Source of the DNA: Pseudomonadales bacterium
GTDB lineage: Bacteria; Pseudomonadota; Gammaproteobacteria; Pseudomonadales; M0112
Length of the DNA: 64,000 bases
Direction: 5' to 3'
Assembly: GCA_036568505.1 (NCBI GenBank)
Contig: DATCSK010000003.1
Coordinates: 11,935-75,934, forward strand
How positions within the stretch are numbered: position 1 is the first letter of the stretch; every line of letters starts with the position of its first letter. A program made the translations under genes and the position numbers. The notes beneath the pieces are model-generated. The model was not told the DNA's origin and did no database searches. It saw nothing but the letters and a program-made list of their open reading frames with translations. Of the stretch, positions 1-10,966 are shown in pieces.

Positions 1-702
1 GTGGGTGGCCTGCTCGGCGTGTTCTTGAATGTCTTCGTAGCTGCGCTGTAACGTTTTTGCCATGTTGTTGAGTGTGTCGGCGAGTGCATCCAGGTCGCCG
101 GCATGATGCACCTCCACCGTGGTTTGAAAGTTGCGTTCACTCAAGGCATTCATGCCGGCCTGAATCGATCGCACGGCCTTCAAATAGTGTCGGCCGATGC
201 GCAGGGCATACCAAACGCTGAGCGACATCAGCAGCAACAATATCCCCAGGGTGGCGAGAATATCGCGATAGCGGCGTGCGGTGACATGATCGCCGTAGAG
301 CTCGATTTCAACCCAGCCGCCATCATCGAGCGCGGTGCTGATCAGGTAGTTGCTGTCATCCAGACGTTTCGGGTGTTGATGATCGGGCGTCGGAGCGGCC
401 GGTCGCGCAGGGCCTGCCAGCAATACATCGTGGCCTTGTGCATCGCGGATGCGCACGGCGCGAATGGCCGCGACGCCCAACAAATCGCGGGCGGTGTTTT
501 CAAGCACGGCAGCCGGTAACAGGTTGCCTTGATTGGCGAGGGCGGCCATTTCGTGAGCGGCGCGTTGGCCGTTGTCGAGCAGGCTTTGCTCCAGCGTGAC
601 CAAATGTTGCCAAAGCAGGTAGCCGCCCAGTACCACAGCGGTCAACAAGCTGGGCAGGATGCCAACAATCAAGGCACGCTGACGGATGGATGATGCGCTC
701 AA
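1..702 (-). CDS. gacS: GacS/BarA-type sensor histidine kinase, N-terminal part (partial, runs off the left edge)
   Basis: Hand translation of the minus strand from TTG at 702: SASSIRQRALIVGILPSLLTAVVLGGYLLWQHLVTLEQSLLDNGQ... second TM (ILATLGILLLLMSLSVWYAL) ... HAMP-like ...LADTLNNMAKTLQRSYEDIQEHAEQAT. It stays open to position 1. It is absent from the ORF track because it is open at the edge. It lies divergent from cysM, as in Pseudomonas gacS. Confidence 0.6.
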   Translation of the reverse strand, partial: MSASSIRQRALIVGILPSLLTAVVLGGYLLWQHLVTLEQSLLDNGQRAAHEMAALANQGNLLPAAVLENTARDLLGVAAIRAVRIRDAQGHDVLLAGPARPAAPTPDHQHPKRLDDSNYLISTALDDGGWVEIELYGDHVTARRYRDILATLGILLLLMSLSVWYALRIGRHYLKAVRSIQAGMNALSERNFQTTVEVHHAGDLDALADTLNNMAKTLQRSYEDIQEHAEQATH

Positions 703-866
703 AGCAGGCTCCTGCGGCTTATTCTTATGTCGGCTTTATGCCGGGGCCGGGGGCTTAGTGTAAACTCCCCGCTGCCCTCGCCGGAAGCAGAGGGGCTTGC
801 GAGCGGCCAGGATGCCGGCCCGTAAGCGGTCAGTATTGTATAACCAACTGATTTGGCTTGCATTTT

Positions 867-1754
867 ATGGATTATCCCACCATTGAGGCTTGTATTGGCC
901 ACACCCCGCTGGTGCGTCTGCAACGATTGCCCGGTGCTATGTCCAGCACAGTACTGGTAAAGCTTGAGGGCAATAACCCGGCGGGTTCGGTCAAGGATCG
1001 TGCTGCGATCAGCATGATTGCGCACGCGGAAGCACGCGGTGACATTACTCCCGGCGACACCCTGATTGAGGCCACCAGCGGCAATACCGGCATTGCGCTG
1101 GCGATGGCGGCGGCCATTCGCGGCTACCGTATGGTGTTGATCATGCCCGCGCACATGAGTGCCGAGCGCAAGCTGGCGATGGCGGCCTACGGTGCCGAGC
1201 TGATTGAAGTCAGTCGCGAGGCCGGCATGGAAGGGGCGCGTGATCTGGCGCTGTCAATGCAGGCCGAAGGTCGCGGCACAGTACTGAACCAGTTTGGTAA
1301 CCCCGATAATCCCCTCGCGCATTTTGAAACCACCGGGCCGGAGATCTGGCAGCAAACCGGTGGCCGCATCACCCATTTTGTCAGCGCCATGGGCACGACC
1401 GGCACCATTATGGGCGTTTCCCGTTATTTGAAAGGCCAGAATGCCGCGATTGAAGTGGTGGGGCTGCAGCCGGCCGACGGCGCCAATATTCCCGGTATTC
1501 GCCGGTGGCCAGAGGCCTATTTGCCGACTATCTTTGAAGCAAGCCGTGTGGATCGTGTGATCGACATTGAGCAGCAAGATGCCGAAGACACCATGCGGGC
1601 ATTGGCCAGCCGGGAAGGCATTTTCTGCGGGGTGTCATCGGGCGGCGCGGTAGCCGGCGCCTTGCAGGTGGCGCGTGCGGTCGAGAATGCCGTCGTCGTG
1701 GCTATTATTTGCGATCGTGGTGATCGTTATCTTTCAACCGGAGTGTTCGGTTAG
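867..1754 (+). CDS. cysM: Cysteine synthase B (O-acetylserine sulfhydrylase B)
   Basis: Near full-length similarity to E. coli CysM from memory (LEGNNPAGSVKDRAA, EATSGNTGIALAMAAA, ICDRGDRYLSTGVF). ATG at 867 preferred over TTG at 858. Confidence 0.9.
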   Translation: MDYPTIEACIGHTPLVRLQRLPGAMSSTVLVKLEGNNPAGSVKDRAAISMIAHAEARGDITPGDTLIEATSGNTGIALAMAAAIRGYRMVLIMPAHMSAERKLAMAAYGAELIEVSREAGMEGARDLALSMQAEGRGTVLNQFGNPDNPLAHFETTGPEIWQQTGGRITHFVSAMGTTGTIMGVSRYLKGQNAAIEVVGLQPADGANIPGIRRWPEAYLPTIFEASRVDRVIDIEQQDAEDTMRALASREGIFCGVSSGGAVAGALQVARAVENAVVVAIICDRGDRYLSTGVFG

Positions 1755-1782
1755 GCAGCTGCCTACGAGCCGGTGATGCGTC

Positions 1783-4023
1783 ATGGTACAGGTCCGATCT
1801 GATTATCCGCGTACCGAAACCGGCCAGGTCGATATCGATCGTTGGCTCGATGATCTGTGCGCGCGCCATGCCATTACCGATCGCACCACGGTGCAGCGGG
1901 CCTGTCATTTAAGTCAGGCAGCAGAAGCCGTTGCCATTGTGTCGGACAAAATCTGGTCAGAGCACACCAGCAGTTTTTTGACCGGCCTTGAGATGGCCGA
2001 GATTCTGGTCGATTTGCGCATGGATCAGGACTCGCTGATTGCGGCCATTTTGTATCGCGCGGTGCGTGAAGAAAAACTGCCGCTGGTCGCCGTGCGCGAA
2101 CAGTTCGGTGAGGTCGTCGGTAACCTGATCGACGGTGTTTTGCGCATGGCGGCCATCAGCATGGCCGCAGCCGATGCCGGCGAGCCGGTGTTCGGGCGTG
2201 CGCAAACGCAATCGGATCAAATACGAAAAATGTTGGTCACCTTGATTGATGACGTGCGTGTTGCACTCATTAAATTGGCCGAACGGACTTGTGCGATTCG
2301 TGCGGTGAAAGACAACCCCGCCAAACGCGAGCGCGTGGCGCGTGAAGTGGCCAATGTGTATGCCCCGTTGGCGCACCGGTTGGGGATTGGCCATATCAAG
2401 TGGGAACTGGAAGATTTATCGTTTCGCTACCTGCAGCCGGATGCGTATAAAAAAATTGCCAGCTTGCTTGATGAAAAACGGCGTGATCGTGACCGGTTTA
2501 TTACGGAAGTCACCGCGCAATTGCGCAACGCATTGGCCGCAGAGCACATTGAAGCCGAAGTTTTTGGCCGCGCCAAACACATCTACAGTATCTGGCGAAA
2601 AATGCGCCGCAAGAATATCCGCTTTTCAGAGGTGTATGACATCCGTGCGGTGCGCGTGTTGGTCAGCGACATCAAAAGCTGTTATGGCGCATTGGGTATT
2701 GTGCACTCGCTGTGGCCAAACATTCCGCACGAATTTGACGATTACATTGCCAATCCTAAAGACAATGGCTATCGCTCTTTGCATACCGCGGTGTACGGGC
2801 CTGAAGGCAAGGTACTGGAAGTGCAAATCCGTACCGGAGCCATGCACGAAGAGGCCGAGTACGGCGTTTGTGCGCATTGGCAATACAAAGGCGTGGATGC
2901 GAACGAGCGCAACGCTTTTTATGAAAAGAAAGTGTCCTGGTTGCGGCAAGTGCTGGAATGGCACGAGGAAATGGGTGGCGTAGAAGACTGGACCAATGAG
3001 TTCGGTAGCGAGGCCACGCACGAACGCCTGTACGTATTCACGCCCGAAGGGCATGTGGTGGATTTGGCCGCCGGTGCAACGCCCCTGGATTTTGCATACG
3101 CCGTGCACACCGATGTGGGGCACCGTTGCCGGGGCGCCAAAGTCAACGGCCGCATGGTCGTGCTCACGACGCCGTTGCAGACGGGTGACCAGATTGAAAT
3201 TGTGACCGGCAAAGAGAGTCGCCCCAGCCGCGACTGGTTGCGCAATAGCCTCGGCTACCTAAAAACATCGCGCGCGAAGGCCAAGGTTCGGCACTGGTTT
3301 CGCCAGCAAGATCGCGATCAACACATTGCCATAGGCCGTACCATCCTTGAAAAAGAATTCAGTCGTCTGTCGTTGACCAGCCTGGATTACAAAACGCTGG
3401 CATCCAAATTGAAGTATCAGGCGGTGGACGATATGTTCGCTGCGGTGGGTGCCGGTGATCAGCGTGTCGGGCCGGTGGTGCATGCGGCACACAGCATGAC
3501 CGACATACCGGGGTCGGAGCAGTTTGAATTAACGTTGTCGGCCGATGTGCAATTGCCATCACCGATTGAATCGGGCTTTTTGTTCAGTGGTGTCGGTAAT
3601 TTATTGGCACAGACCGCTCAGTGTTGTATGCCGTTGCCGGGTGATCCGGTGCGCGGTTACATCACGGTCGGTCGCGGGGTTAGCGTGCATCGACAGGACT
3701 GTCCGAATTTATTGCAGCTGCAAGCCAATGAGCCGGAGCGCATTATCGAAGTGGATTGGGGCAGTCAGGCGCGCGCGACGTATCCGGTGGAAGTGGAAAT
3801 TGAAGCCTTTGATCGCTCGGGCCTGCTGCGTGATATCACCACCTTGCTGGCCAATGAGCGGGTTAATTTGCTGGGCACCAACACCTGGTCAGACCGTGAG
3901 CACAATATAGCGACCTTGCAGTTAACGCTGGAAGTGAACGATCTGGAATCCTTGGGCGTGTTGCTGGCCAAAATCAGCAACTTGCCGAATATCGTGCGTG
4001 TGGCACGCCGCAGGACCCGCTAG
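1783..4023 (+). CDS. relA: GTP pyrophosphokinase RelA ((p)ppGpp synthetase I)
   Basis: 746 aa. It starts MVQVRS like E. coli MVAVRS. It has the motifs YAPLAHRLGIGHIKWELEDLSFRYL and HIYSIWRKMRRK, with TGS and ACT regions at the C-terminus. Confidence 0.92.
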   Translation: MVQVRSDYPRTETGQVDIDRWLDDLCARHAITDRTTVQRACHLSQAAEAVAIVSDKIWSEHTSSFLTGLEMAEILVDLRMDQDSLIAAILYRAVREEKLPLVAVREQFGEVVGNLIDGVLRMAAISMAAADAGEPVFGRAQTQSDQIRKMLVTLIDDVRVALIKLAERTCAIRAVKDNPAKRERVAREVANVYAPLAHRLGIGHIKWELEDLSFRYLQPDAYKKIASLLDEKRRDRDRFITEVTAQLRNALAAEHIEAEVFGRAKHIYSIWRKMRRKNIRFSEVYDIRAVRVLVSDIKSCYGALGIVHSLWPNIPHEFDDYIANPKDNGYRSLHTAVYGPEGKVLEVQIRTGAMHEEAEYGVCAHWQYKGVDANERNAFYEKKVSWLRQVLEWHEEMGGVEDWTNEFGSEATHERLYVFTPEGHVVDLAAGATPLDFAYAVHTDVGHRCRGAKVNGRMVVLTTPLQTGDQIEIVTGKESRPSRDWLRNSLGYLKTSRAKAKVRHWFRQQDRDQHIAIGRTILEKEFSRLSLTSLDYKTLASKLKYQAVDDMFAAVGAGDQRVGPVVHAAHSMTDIPGSEQFELTLSADVQLPSPIESGFLFSGVGNLLAQTAQCCMPLPGDPVRGYITVGRGVSVHRQDCPNLLQLQANEPERIIEVDWGSQARATYPVEVEIEAFDRSGLLRDITTLLANERVNLLGTNTWSDREHNIATLQLTLEVNDLESLGVLLAKISNLPNIVRVARRRTR

Positions 4024-4025
4024 TC

Positions 4026-4871
4026 ATGGCCTCGGCATACGGCATGGATGATTTGCTGTATTTGATGGCGCGCCTGCGTGACCCGCAATCGGGTTGCCCC
4101 TGGGACTTAAAGCAGGACTTCTCGACGATTGCGCCGTCAACGTTGGAAGAAGCCTACGAGCTCGTGCAAGCCATTGCCGACCATGATGCAGCGCATATCC
4201 GGGAAGAGTTGGGCGATTTGCTGTTTCAGGTGGTGTTCTATGCCCGCATGGGCGAGGAACGCGGCTGGTTTGATTTTGCCGATATTGCGACAGGACTGAC
4301 CGATAAATTGGTGCGCCGGCATCCGCACGTATTCCCTGACGGGCATTTGCGCAGTCAGCGCGATGCCGGCCAGCCGGTGGACGAGGGCGGTTTGCATGCG
4401 CGCTGGGAGTCCATCAAACAGGATGAGCGGGCAGGGCGTGATCATGCCAGTTTGATGGATGATGTGCCGGTTGCCTTGCCGGCCCTGAGTCGTGCCCAAA
4501 AGTTGCAAAAGCGGGCATCGTTGGCGGCATTCGATTGGGCCGATGCGGCAGGCGTGCTCGACAAACTGGATGAAGAATGCGCCGAATTAAAGCACGCCTT
4601 GGCGGCTGGCGATCGGGCGGATCAAGCGCGTGAATTGGGTGACGTGCTGTTCACGGCCGTGAACCTGGCGCGGCATCTGAAATTCGATAGCGAAGCCTTG
4701 CTTCGGGATACGGCGCGTCGGTTTGAGCAGCGCTTTCGCGATATGGAACAGCACGCCGCAGCACAAGGCCGTGAATTGGCAACCCTGCAAGCCGGTGAGC
4801 GTGACGCCTTGTGGGAAGCCGCCAAGTCACGGGAGCGCTCAGGGTTTGAGTCGGATGCTGCCGATGTATAA
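4026..4871 (+). CDS. mazG: Nucleoside triphosphate pyrophosphohydrolase MazG
   Basis: Two MazG repeats (EEAYELVQAI...EELGDLLFQVVFYA and EECAELKHAL...ELGDVLFTAVNLAR). It sits directly after relA, as in enterobacteria and pseudomonads. Confidence 0.9.
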   Translation: MASAYGMDDLLYLMARLRDPQSGCPWDLKQDFSTIAPSTLEEAYELVQAIADHDAAHIREELGDLLFQVVFYARMGEERGWFDFADIATGLTDKLVRRHPHVFPDGHLRSQRDAGQPVDEGGLHARWESIKQDERAGRDHASLMDDVPVALPALSRAQKLQKRASLAAFDWADAAGVLDKLDEECAELKHALAAGDRADQARELGDVLFTAVNLARHLKFDSEALLRDTARRFEQRFRDMEQHAAAQGRELATLQAGERDALWEAAKSRERSGFESDAADV

Positions 4872-4905
4872 TATGCGCTGCCCTCCGGCAGTCATCTGTT
4901 TGTGA

Positions 4906-6117
<1,212 letters not shown>

Positions 6118-6129
6118 TCGGCCTGATCT

Positions 6130-6156
6130 AAAAAGCCCCGCTTGCGGGGCTTTTTT
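6130..6156 (+). terminator. Rho-independent terminator after adk
   Basis: aaaaaGCCCCGcttgCGGGGCtttttt: 6-bp GC stem, 4-nt loop and a T-run. Confidence 0.7.
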
Positions 6157-6177
6157 ATCGGCGGCGCAGGAGTCACT

Positions 6178-7182
6178 ATGACAGCCAATCACCCAACACA
6201 AACCGGCATCTTGTTGATGAATCTGGGCACGCCCGAAGCACCCACGGCCGATGCGGTGCGTGCCTTTTTGGCAGAATTCCTTTCCGATAAACGCGTCATC
6301 GATTTGCCGCGGCTTCTGTGGTTACCGATTTTGCACGGCATTATTTTGCGCCGCCGGCCCGCCAAGGTGGCCGAAAACTATGCGCCGATGTGGGCGCATT
6401 GGGGCGACTCACCGTTGCGATTGATCACGCAGCGCCAGGCGGCGGCATTGCAGCAACAGCTGGATGCCGACTTGCCGGGTGATTATGCGGTGGCTCATGC
6501 CTTTACCTACGGCCAGCCATCCTTGGCGCGCGTGCTGGAGCAATGGTTTTCGGCGGGTATCCGTCGCGTGGTGGTATTGCCGTTATACCCGCAGTTCTCC
6601 TGGACAACGACCGGCAGTGTGATGGATCAACTCGAGCGCCACAGGCCGCGATGGCCGGAGATGCAGTTGGCATTGATTCATGACTACGTGGACGACCCGG
6701 ATTATCAGCAGGCGCTGGCGGAGTCGGTGAATGCTTTTTGGCAGCAGCAAGGCCAGGCCGAGCGTTTGCTGATGTCCTTTCATGGCGTGCCGGAGCGTTA
6801 TATTCGAAAAGGGGATCCTTATCAGCAGCAGTGTCTGTATACGGCCAAAAGCCTGGCTCAAGCGTTGGCGCTGGACGAAAATCGTTATGCGGCCAGTTTT
6901 CAATCTCGTTTTGGTAAGGCCGAATGGATTAAGCCTTATACACTCGATGTGTTGAAGCAATGGGCGGCGGAAGGTGTCAAAACAGTCGATGTCGTGTGCC
7001 CGTCTTTTTCGGCCGATTGCCTCGAAACGCTTGAAGAAATAACCGTGGAGTGTGCCGAAGTGTTTCGTCAGGCCGGTGGCGAGCGCCTGCGTTTGATACC
7101 GTGTTTGAACGACAATGCATCGCATATACGGATGATGCGATCGATTGCATTGTCGGCAGCCAGTAAATTGCCCCGCCATTAA
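6178..7182 (+). CDS. hemH: Ferrochelatase
   Basis: TGILLMNLGTPEAPT..., VVLPLYPQFSWTTTGS, CPSFSADCLETLEEI. ATG at 6178 follows AGGAG. The track start at 6142 lies inside the adk terminator. Confidence 0.9.
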   Translation: MTANHPTQTGILLMNLGTPEAPTADAVRAFLAEFLSDKRVIDLPRLLWLPILHGIILRRRPAKVAENYAPMWAHWGDSPLRLITQRQAAALQQQLDADLPGDYAVAHAFTYGQPSLARVLEQWFSAGIRRVVVLPLYPQFSWTTTGSVMDQLERHRPRWPEMQLALIHDYVDDPDYQQALAESVNAFWQQQGQAERLLMSFHGVPERYIRKGDPYQQQCLYTAKSLAQALALDENRYAASFQSRFGKAEWIKPYTLDVLKQWAAEGVKTVDVVCPSFSADCLETLEEITVECAEVFRQAGGERLRLIPCLNDNASHIRMMRSIALSAASKLPRH

Positions 7183-7273
7183 TGCACAAAAAACATTCTG
7201 TATAATTTGTAAGCAATGACTTTTATGTGTTACTTTCATCGCGGGTACCCCAAACTGCGATGGAGATAACGCA

Positions 7274-8062
7274 ATGGCTCGAGCAAAAAAAGCAAAAAAG
7301 AAAGCTGTAAGCACTAAAGCAAAAACCAAACGCACTACCGCAAAACGTAAAGCACCGGCGCGTAAAGCCGCCGCCAAAAAAGTAGCCGTCAAATCGGTTG
7401 CTGCATCACCCGCACTCACCAAAGCACAAGAAGCCTTTGATAAAGCCAACAAGCAAGCTGTTGCGCTGCGCAAAGAAGGCGCGGCTTTGCGTAAGAAGTC
7501 TGCTGCTGCCCGTAAAAAAGCCGCACGCACCAAGTTGGCTGCAGATCGTAATGCCGCCAAGCGTTTGGCCGCTGCTGCCAAGCGCACCGCTGCCAAAGGC
7601 AAAGTGGTTCGTGAGCGTCTGGCCAAAGCGCGCACTCGCCTGCAAGAGCTGAAAGCCAAAGCGAAAGCCGCTGCCGCTCATGCTCGTGTGGCAGAGAAGG
7701 CCGCTGCGGTTGAGAAAAACCTGCAAGCCAAAATGGAAGAAAACCTGCACGCAGCGGTAGAAGCATTCCGTTCGAAGTGGGTAGAAAAGCAGGCCAAAAT
7801 CATTGCCAAGAAAGTGAAAAAGGCAGAGAAAAAGGCCGAGCGTGTTGCCAAGTCAACAGCACGTAAGGCGTTGCAACAGGCCGCTAAAATAGCCAAGCAA
7901 GCCGAGCGCAAGCTGGCCGGCAAGCCCAAGCGTCGTAAGGCGAAGAAGGCCGCTGTTGCAGCAGATCCAGCCGCTAAGGCACCGCGTAAAGCCAAGAAAG
8001 CCAAAAAGGCCACGGCCCGTAAGGCAGCCCCACGCCGTAAGACAGCACGTCGTAAGAAGTAA
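7274..8062 (+). CDS. Lys/Ala-rich histone-H1-like / AlgP-like basic protein with a central coiled-coil-like region
   Basis: 262 aa. The termini are KKAKKKA/RKAAPRRKTARRKK-type. The middle is A/K/E-rich heptad-like sequence. It has its own terminator. Confidence 0.7.
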   Translation: MARAKKAKKKAVSTKAKTKRTTAKRKAPARKAAAKKVAVKSVAASPALTKAQEAFDKANKQAVALRKEGAALRKKSAAARKKAARTKLAADRNAAKRLAAAAKRTAAKGKVVRERLAKARTRLQELKAKAKAAAAHARVAEKAAAVEKNLQAKMEENLHAAVEAFRSKWVEKQAKIIAKKVKKAEKKAERVAKSTARKALQQAAKIAKQAERKLAGKPKRRKAKKAAVAADPAAKAPRKAKKAKKATARKAAPRRKTARRKK

Positions 8063-8081
8063 GTGCGTGTCGCAACACCTG

Positions 8082-8112
8082 AAAAGCCCCGCTTGCGGGG
8101 CTTTTCTTTTTT
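8082..8112 (+). terminator. Rho-independent terminator after the H1-like gene
   Basis: aaaaGCCCCGcttgCGGGGCttttctttttt. The hairpin core is identical to the adk terminator. Confidence 0.7.
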
Positions 8113-8160
8113 GTGAACACCGAATCCGCTAGGATGGCGCACACCGCTGCAGGAAATCGT

Positions 8161-8877
8161 ATGCCTACCATGCTGCTACTCGATACCGCGACCGATGTAT
8201 TGATCGTGGCGCTGGCCAATGATCGTGGCGTTTTGGCCGTGCGTGCATCGAGTGAGCCGCGGGAGCATGCACGCTGCCTATTGCCTTGGGTGGATGCGTT
8301 GCTGACGGAAAACGGTTTGCAACGCTCGGATCTTGATGCGGTGGCTTTTGATGCGGGTCCGGGCTCCTTTACCGGCTTGCGCATTGGCTGCGCCGCGGCT
8401 CAGGGCATTGCCTATGCCCTGGATATTCCGGTTCTGGCCATCTCGAGCCTGTCCATTTTGGCGCAAGCGGCATGGGAGCAAGGTGCGTGCCGCACGGGCG
8501 AGCAAGTGATCGCCGTGTTGGATGCCCGAATGGGGGAGTGTTACTGGCAAGCATTTGATGTCACTGAGGATGGGTTGCAAGCAGCCGGTGCGGCGCGAGT
8601 CACACCGCCCGATCAATGCCTGAGCGACGAAGCGGCCTCATCAACCGTTTGGTGCGGGGCGGGGGTGAGCGAGTTACCCGAGTCCATGCGGGCAGCGGCC
8701 GGTGCGTATCGTGTGTTGTCATCGGTACAACAACCCAATGCCGATGCGTTTGCAGTGTTGGCGTTGCAGGCCTTGGCTGAAGGCCAGGCGGTTCCGGCAG
8801 CGCTTGCCGTGCCATTGTATGTGCGTGACCGGGTGGCGTTAACAACACAAGAACGCGCGGATGGGGCCGTATTATGA
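8161..8877 (+). CDS. tsaB: tRNA t6A37 biosynthesis protein TsaB (YeaZ)
   Basis: MPTMLLLDTATDVLIVAL..., GPGSFTGLRIGCAAAQGIAYALDIPV. ATG at 8161 preferred over the longer track ORF. Confidence 0.85.
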   Translation: MPTMLLLDTATDVLIVALANDRGVLAVRASSEPREHARCLLPWVDALLTENGLQRSDLDAVAFDAGPGSFTGLRIGCAAAQGIAYALDIPVLAISSLSILAQAAWEQGACRTGEQVIAVLDARMGECYWQAFDVTEDGLQAAGAARVTPPDQCLSDEAASSTVWCGAGVSELPESMRAAAGAYRVLSSVQQPNADAFAVLALQALAEGQAVPAALAVPLYVRDRVALTTQERADGAVL

Positions 8878-9671
8878 GCGAGATGCTGGCATGGGTGCTG
8901 TTGGCCATATTGCAGGGTTTTACCGAATTTTTGCCGATCTCCAGTTCCGGGCATTTGTTATTGGCCGAGCAAGCGTTTGGCATGGCAGGGCAAGGGTTGG
9001 TCATGGAAGTGGCCGTTCATCTGGGCACCTTGATGGCGGTGCTGGCCTATTTTCGGCGTGAATGTTGGGCCATGGCACGCTCCATGGTCTGCTTGAATAA
9101 TGCCGACTATGTTGCCGATCGACGTTTGTTCGGGTTGTTGTGTGTCGCAACGGTGCCGGTGTGCGTGGTGGGGTTGCTGGCGCACGACTGGATTGCCTCC
9201 GTTTTGCAGCAAACCGTGATCATGGCCTGGGCGACCGTGGTATTCGGCGTGGTACTGGGTCTGGCCGACCGGTTTGGGCGTCATCAACGCACGATGGCGC
9301 AATTAACCTGGCGTGATGCCTTGCTGATTGGGCTTGCCCAGGTCTTGGCGTTGATTCCGGGCACATCGCGTTCCGGTATTACCTTAACGGCGGGTTTATT
9401 CGGTGGCTTGGGGCGTGAAGCGGCAGCGCGATTTTCATTTTTATTATCGATTCCGACCATTATGGCGGCCGGTGCACTGGAGTCGTTGAAGCTGGCCGGC
9501 AGTGCTGAGCCGGTGCAGTGGGTGCCTTTGTTGCTGGCGGCGACTATTTCAGCTGTAATCGCAGTGTTGACCATTCATTTCTTCTTGCGCTGGCTCGAGC
9601 GGATAGGGCTTATGCCTTTTGTGATTTACCGCATCCTGTTGGGCGCCTTGATACTGGTATGTTTTGTATGA
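8874..9671 (+). CDS. uppP: Undecaprenyl-diphosphatase
   Basis: ILQGFTEFLPISSSGHLLL and PGTSRSGITLTAG motifs in a polytopic protein. It overlaps the tsaB stop by 4 nt. Confidence 0.9.
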   Translation: MSEMLAWVLLAILQGFTEFLPISSSGHLLLAEQAFGMAGQGLVMEVAVHLGTLMAVLAYFRRECWAMARSMVCLNNADYVADRRLFGLLCVATVPVCVVGLLAHDWIASVLQQTVIMAWATVVFGVVLGLADRFGRHQRTMAQLTWRDALLIGLAQVLALIPGTSRSGITLTAGLFGGLGREAAARFSFLLSIPTIMAAGALESLKLAGSAEPVQWVPLLLAATISAVIAVLTIHFFLRWLERIGLMPFVIYRILLGALILVCFV

Positions 9672-10966
9672 GTAACGCCATGACTGATTTCAACGAAGGC
9701 TTGTTGGCATTTCTGGATGCCTCACCGACACCGTTTCATGCCACGGCTGAAATGCTATCGATGTTGGCGGATGCCGGGTTCACGGTGCTCGATGAAGCCG
9801 CGGACTGGCGCATTCAGCCCGGCGGGCGTTATGCGGTGGTGCGCGGCGGTAGCTCCATCATCGCGTTTAACTGGCCCGAAGCCGCGCCCCGTGGCTTGCG
9901 CATCGTGGGAGCTCACACCGATAGCCCGTGCCTGAAAATCAAACCCCGGCCCGATGTTGTGCGCCACGGCTGCTGGCAATTGGGTGTCGAGGTGTATGGC
10001 GGCGTCTTGCTGAACACCTGGTTTGATCGTGATTTGTCCTTGGCCGGGCGAGTGACTTATCTCGATGACCTGGGGCGCTTGTGCAATGCTTTGGTTGATT
10101 TGCGCGAACCCATCGCGACGGTGCCAAGCCTGGCGATTCATCTGGATCGCGAGGCCAATGACAAGCGCAGCATCAATCAACAGGACCACCTGCCGTTGGT
10201 CCTGGGGCAGGATATTAATAATCCCGATGACTTCCGTGCCTATTTGTTAGCGCATTTGAAGGGCGATGGCGTTGCCGCTGAACAAGTGCTTGATTTTGAC
10301 GTGTTTGCTTACGATACCCAGCCGGCCACGATCACCGGCGTGAACGGCGAGTTTATTCGCTCGGCACGGCTCGATAATCTGCTCAGCTGTTATACCGGCT
10401 TGCAGGCATTGATGCAGGCCGACCCGGCCGATGGGTTGCAGTTGCTGGTGTGCAATGACCATGAAGAAGTGGGCAGCACATCGGTCACCGGTGCCGACGG
10501 TAATTTTCTGGAATCGGTGCTGATGCGCTTATTCCCTGATGCCGCCGAACGCGCGCAACAAATGGCACAAAGCCTGATGATTTCGACCGATAACGCACAC
10601 GCCATTCACCCGAACTATGCCGAAAAACACGAACCCCAGCATGCGCCGCGTATTAATCGCGGCCCGGTGATTAAATTCAATGCGCGCCAGCGGTATGCCA
10701 CCGCGGCCGATGTGGCTGCGTATTTTCGTTGGCTGTGCGGCGAGGTGTCGGTGCCGGTGCAAGATTTTGTGGTGCGTACGGACATGGGCTGCGGTAGCAC
10801 GATTGGCCCCATGACCTCGGCGCGACTGGGCGTGCGCACACTGGATGTCGGCGTGCCCACACTGGGGATGCACTCGATTCGCGAATTGGCGGGTACCGCC
10901 GATGCCTTGTCGTTAACGACGGTGCTGGGCGCCTTGTATGCCTTCCGTGGCGAGTTGCCGGCCTAG
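9668..10966 (+). CDS. apeB: M18 family aminopeptidase
   Basis: LLAFLDASPTPFHA, VGAHTDSPCLKIKP, CNDHEEVGS, MHSIRE motifs. ATG at 9668 overlaps the uppP stop. Confidence 0.85.
   Translation: MSNAMTDFNEGLLAFLDASPTPFHATAEMLSMLADAGFTVLDEAADWRIQPGGRYAVVRGGSSIIAFNWPEAAPRGLRIVGAHTDSPCLKIKPRPDVVRHGCWQLGVEVYGGVLLNTWFDRDLSLAGRVTYLDDLGRLCNALVDLREPIATVPSLAIHLDREANDKRSINQQDHLPLVLGQDINNPDDFRAYLLAHLKGDGVAAEQVLDFDVFAYDTQPATITGVNGEFIRSARLDNLLSCYTGLQALMQADPADGLQLLVCNDHEEVGSTSVTGADGNFLESVLMRLFPDAAERAQQMAQSLMISTDNAHAIHPNYAEKHEPQHAPRINRGPVIKFNARQRYATAADVAAYFRWLCGEVSVPVQDFVVRTDMGCGSTIGPMTSARLGVRTLDVGVPTLGMHSIRELAGTADALSLTTVLGALYAFRGELPA

Noticed and set aside
103-1154. ORFs 103..519 (+) and 699..1154 (-)
   Set aside because: The first is antisense to the GacS-like N-terminus, which has TM and HAMP features. 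The second is antisense to cysM and the intergenic region. Neither has protein-like composition.
7199-7206. ctgTATAAT as a promoter -10 for the H1-like gene
   Set aside because: The -10 hexamer is a perfect consensus, but I could find no acceptable -35 at 16-18 bp spacing. The TG is not at the extended -10 position. It is too weak to list as a feature.
6583-8142. Long minus-strand ORFs (358 aa at 6583..7659, 154 aa at 7678..8142) antisense to hemH and the H1-like gene
   Set aside because: These are A/R/L-rich antisense artefacts of GC-rich and KA-repeat coding. hemH on the plus strand is certain.
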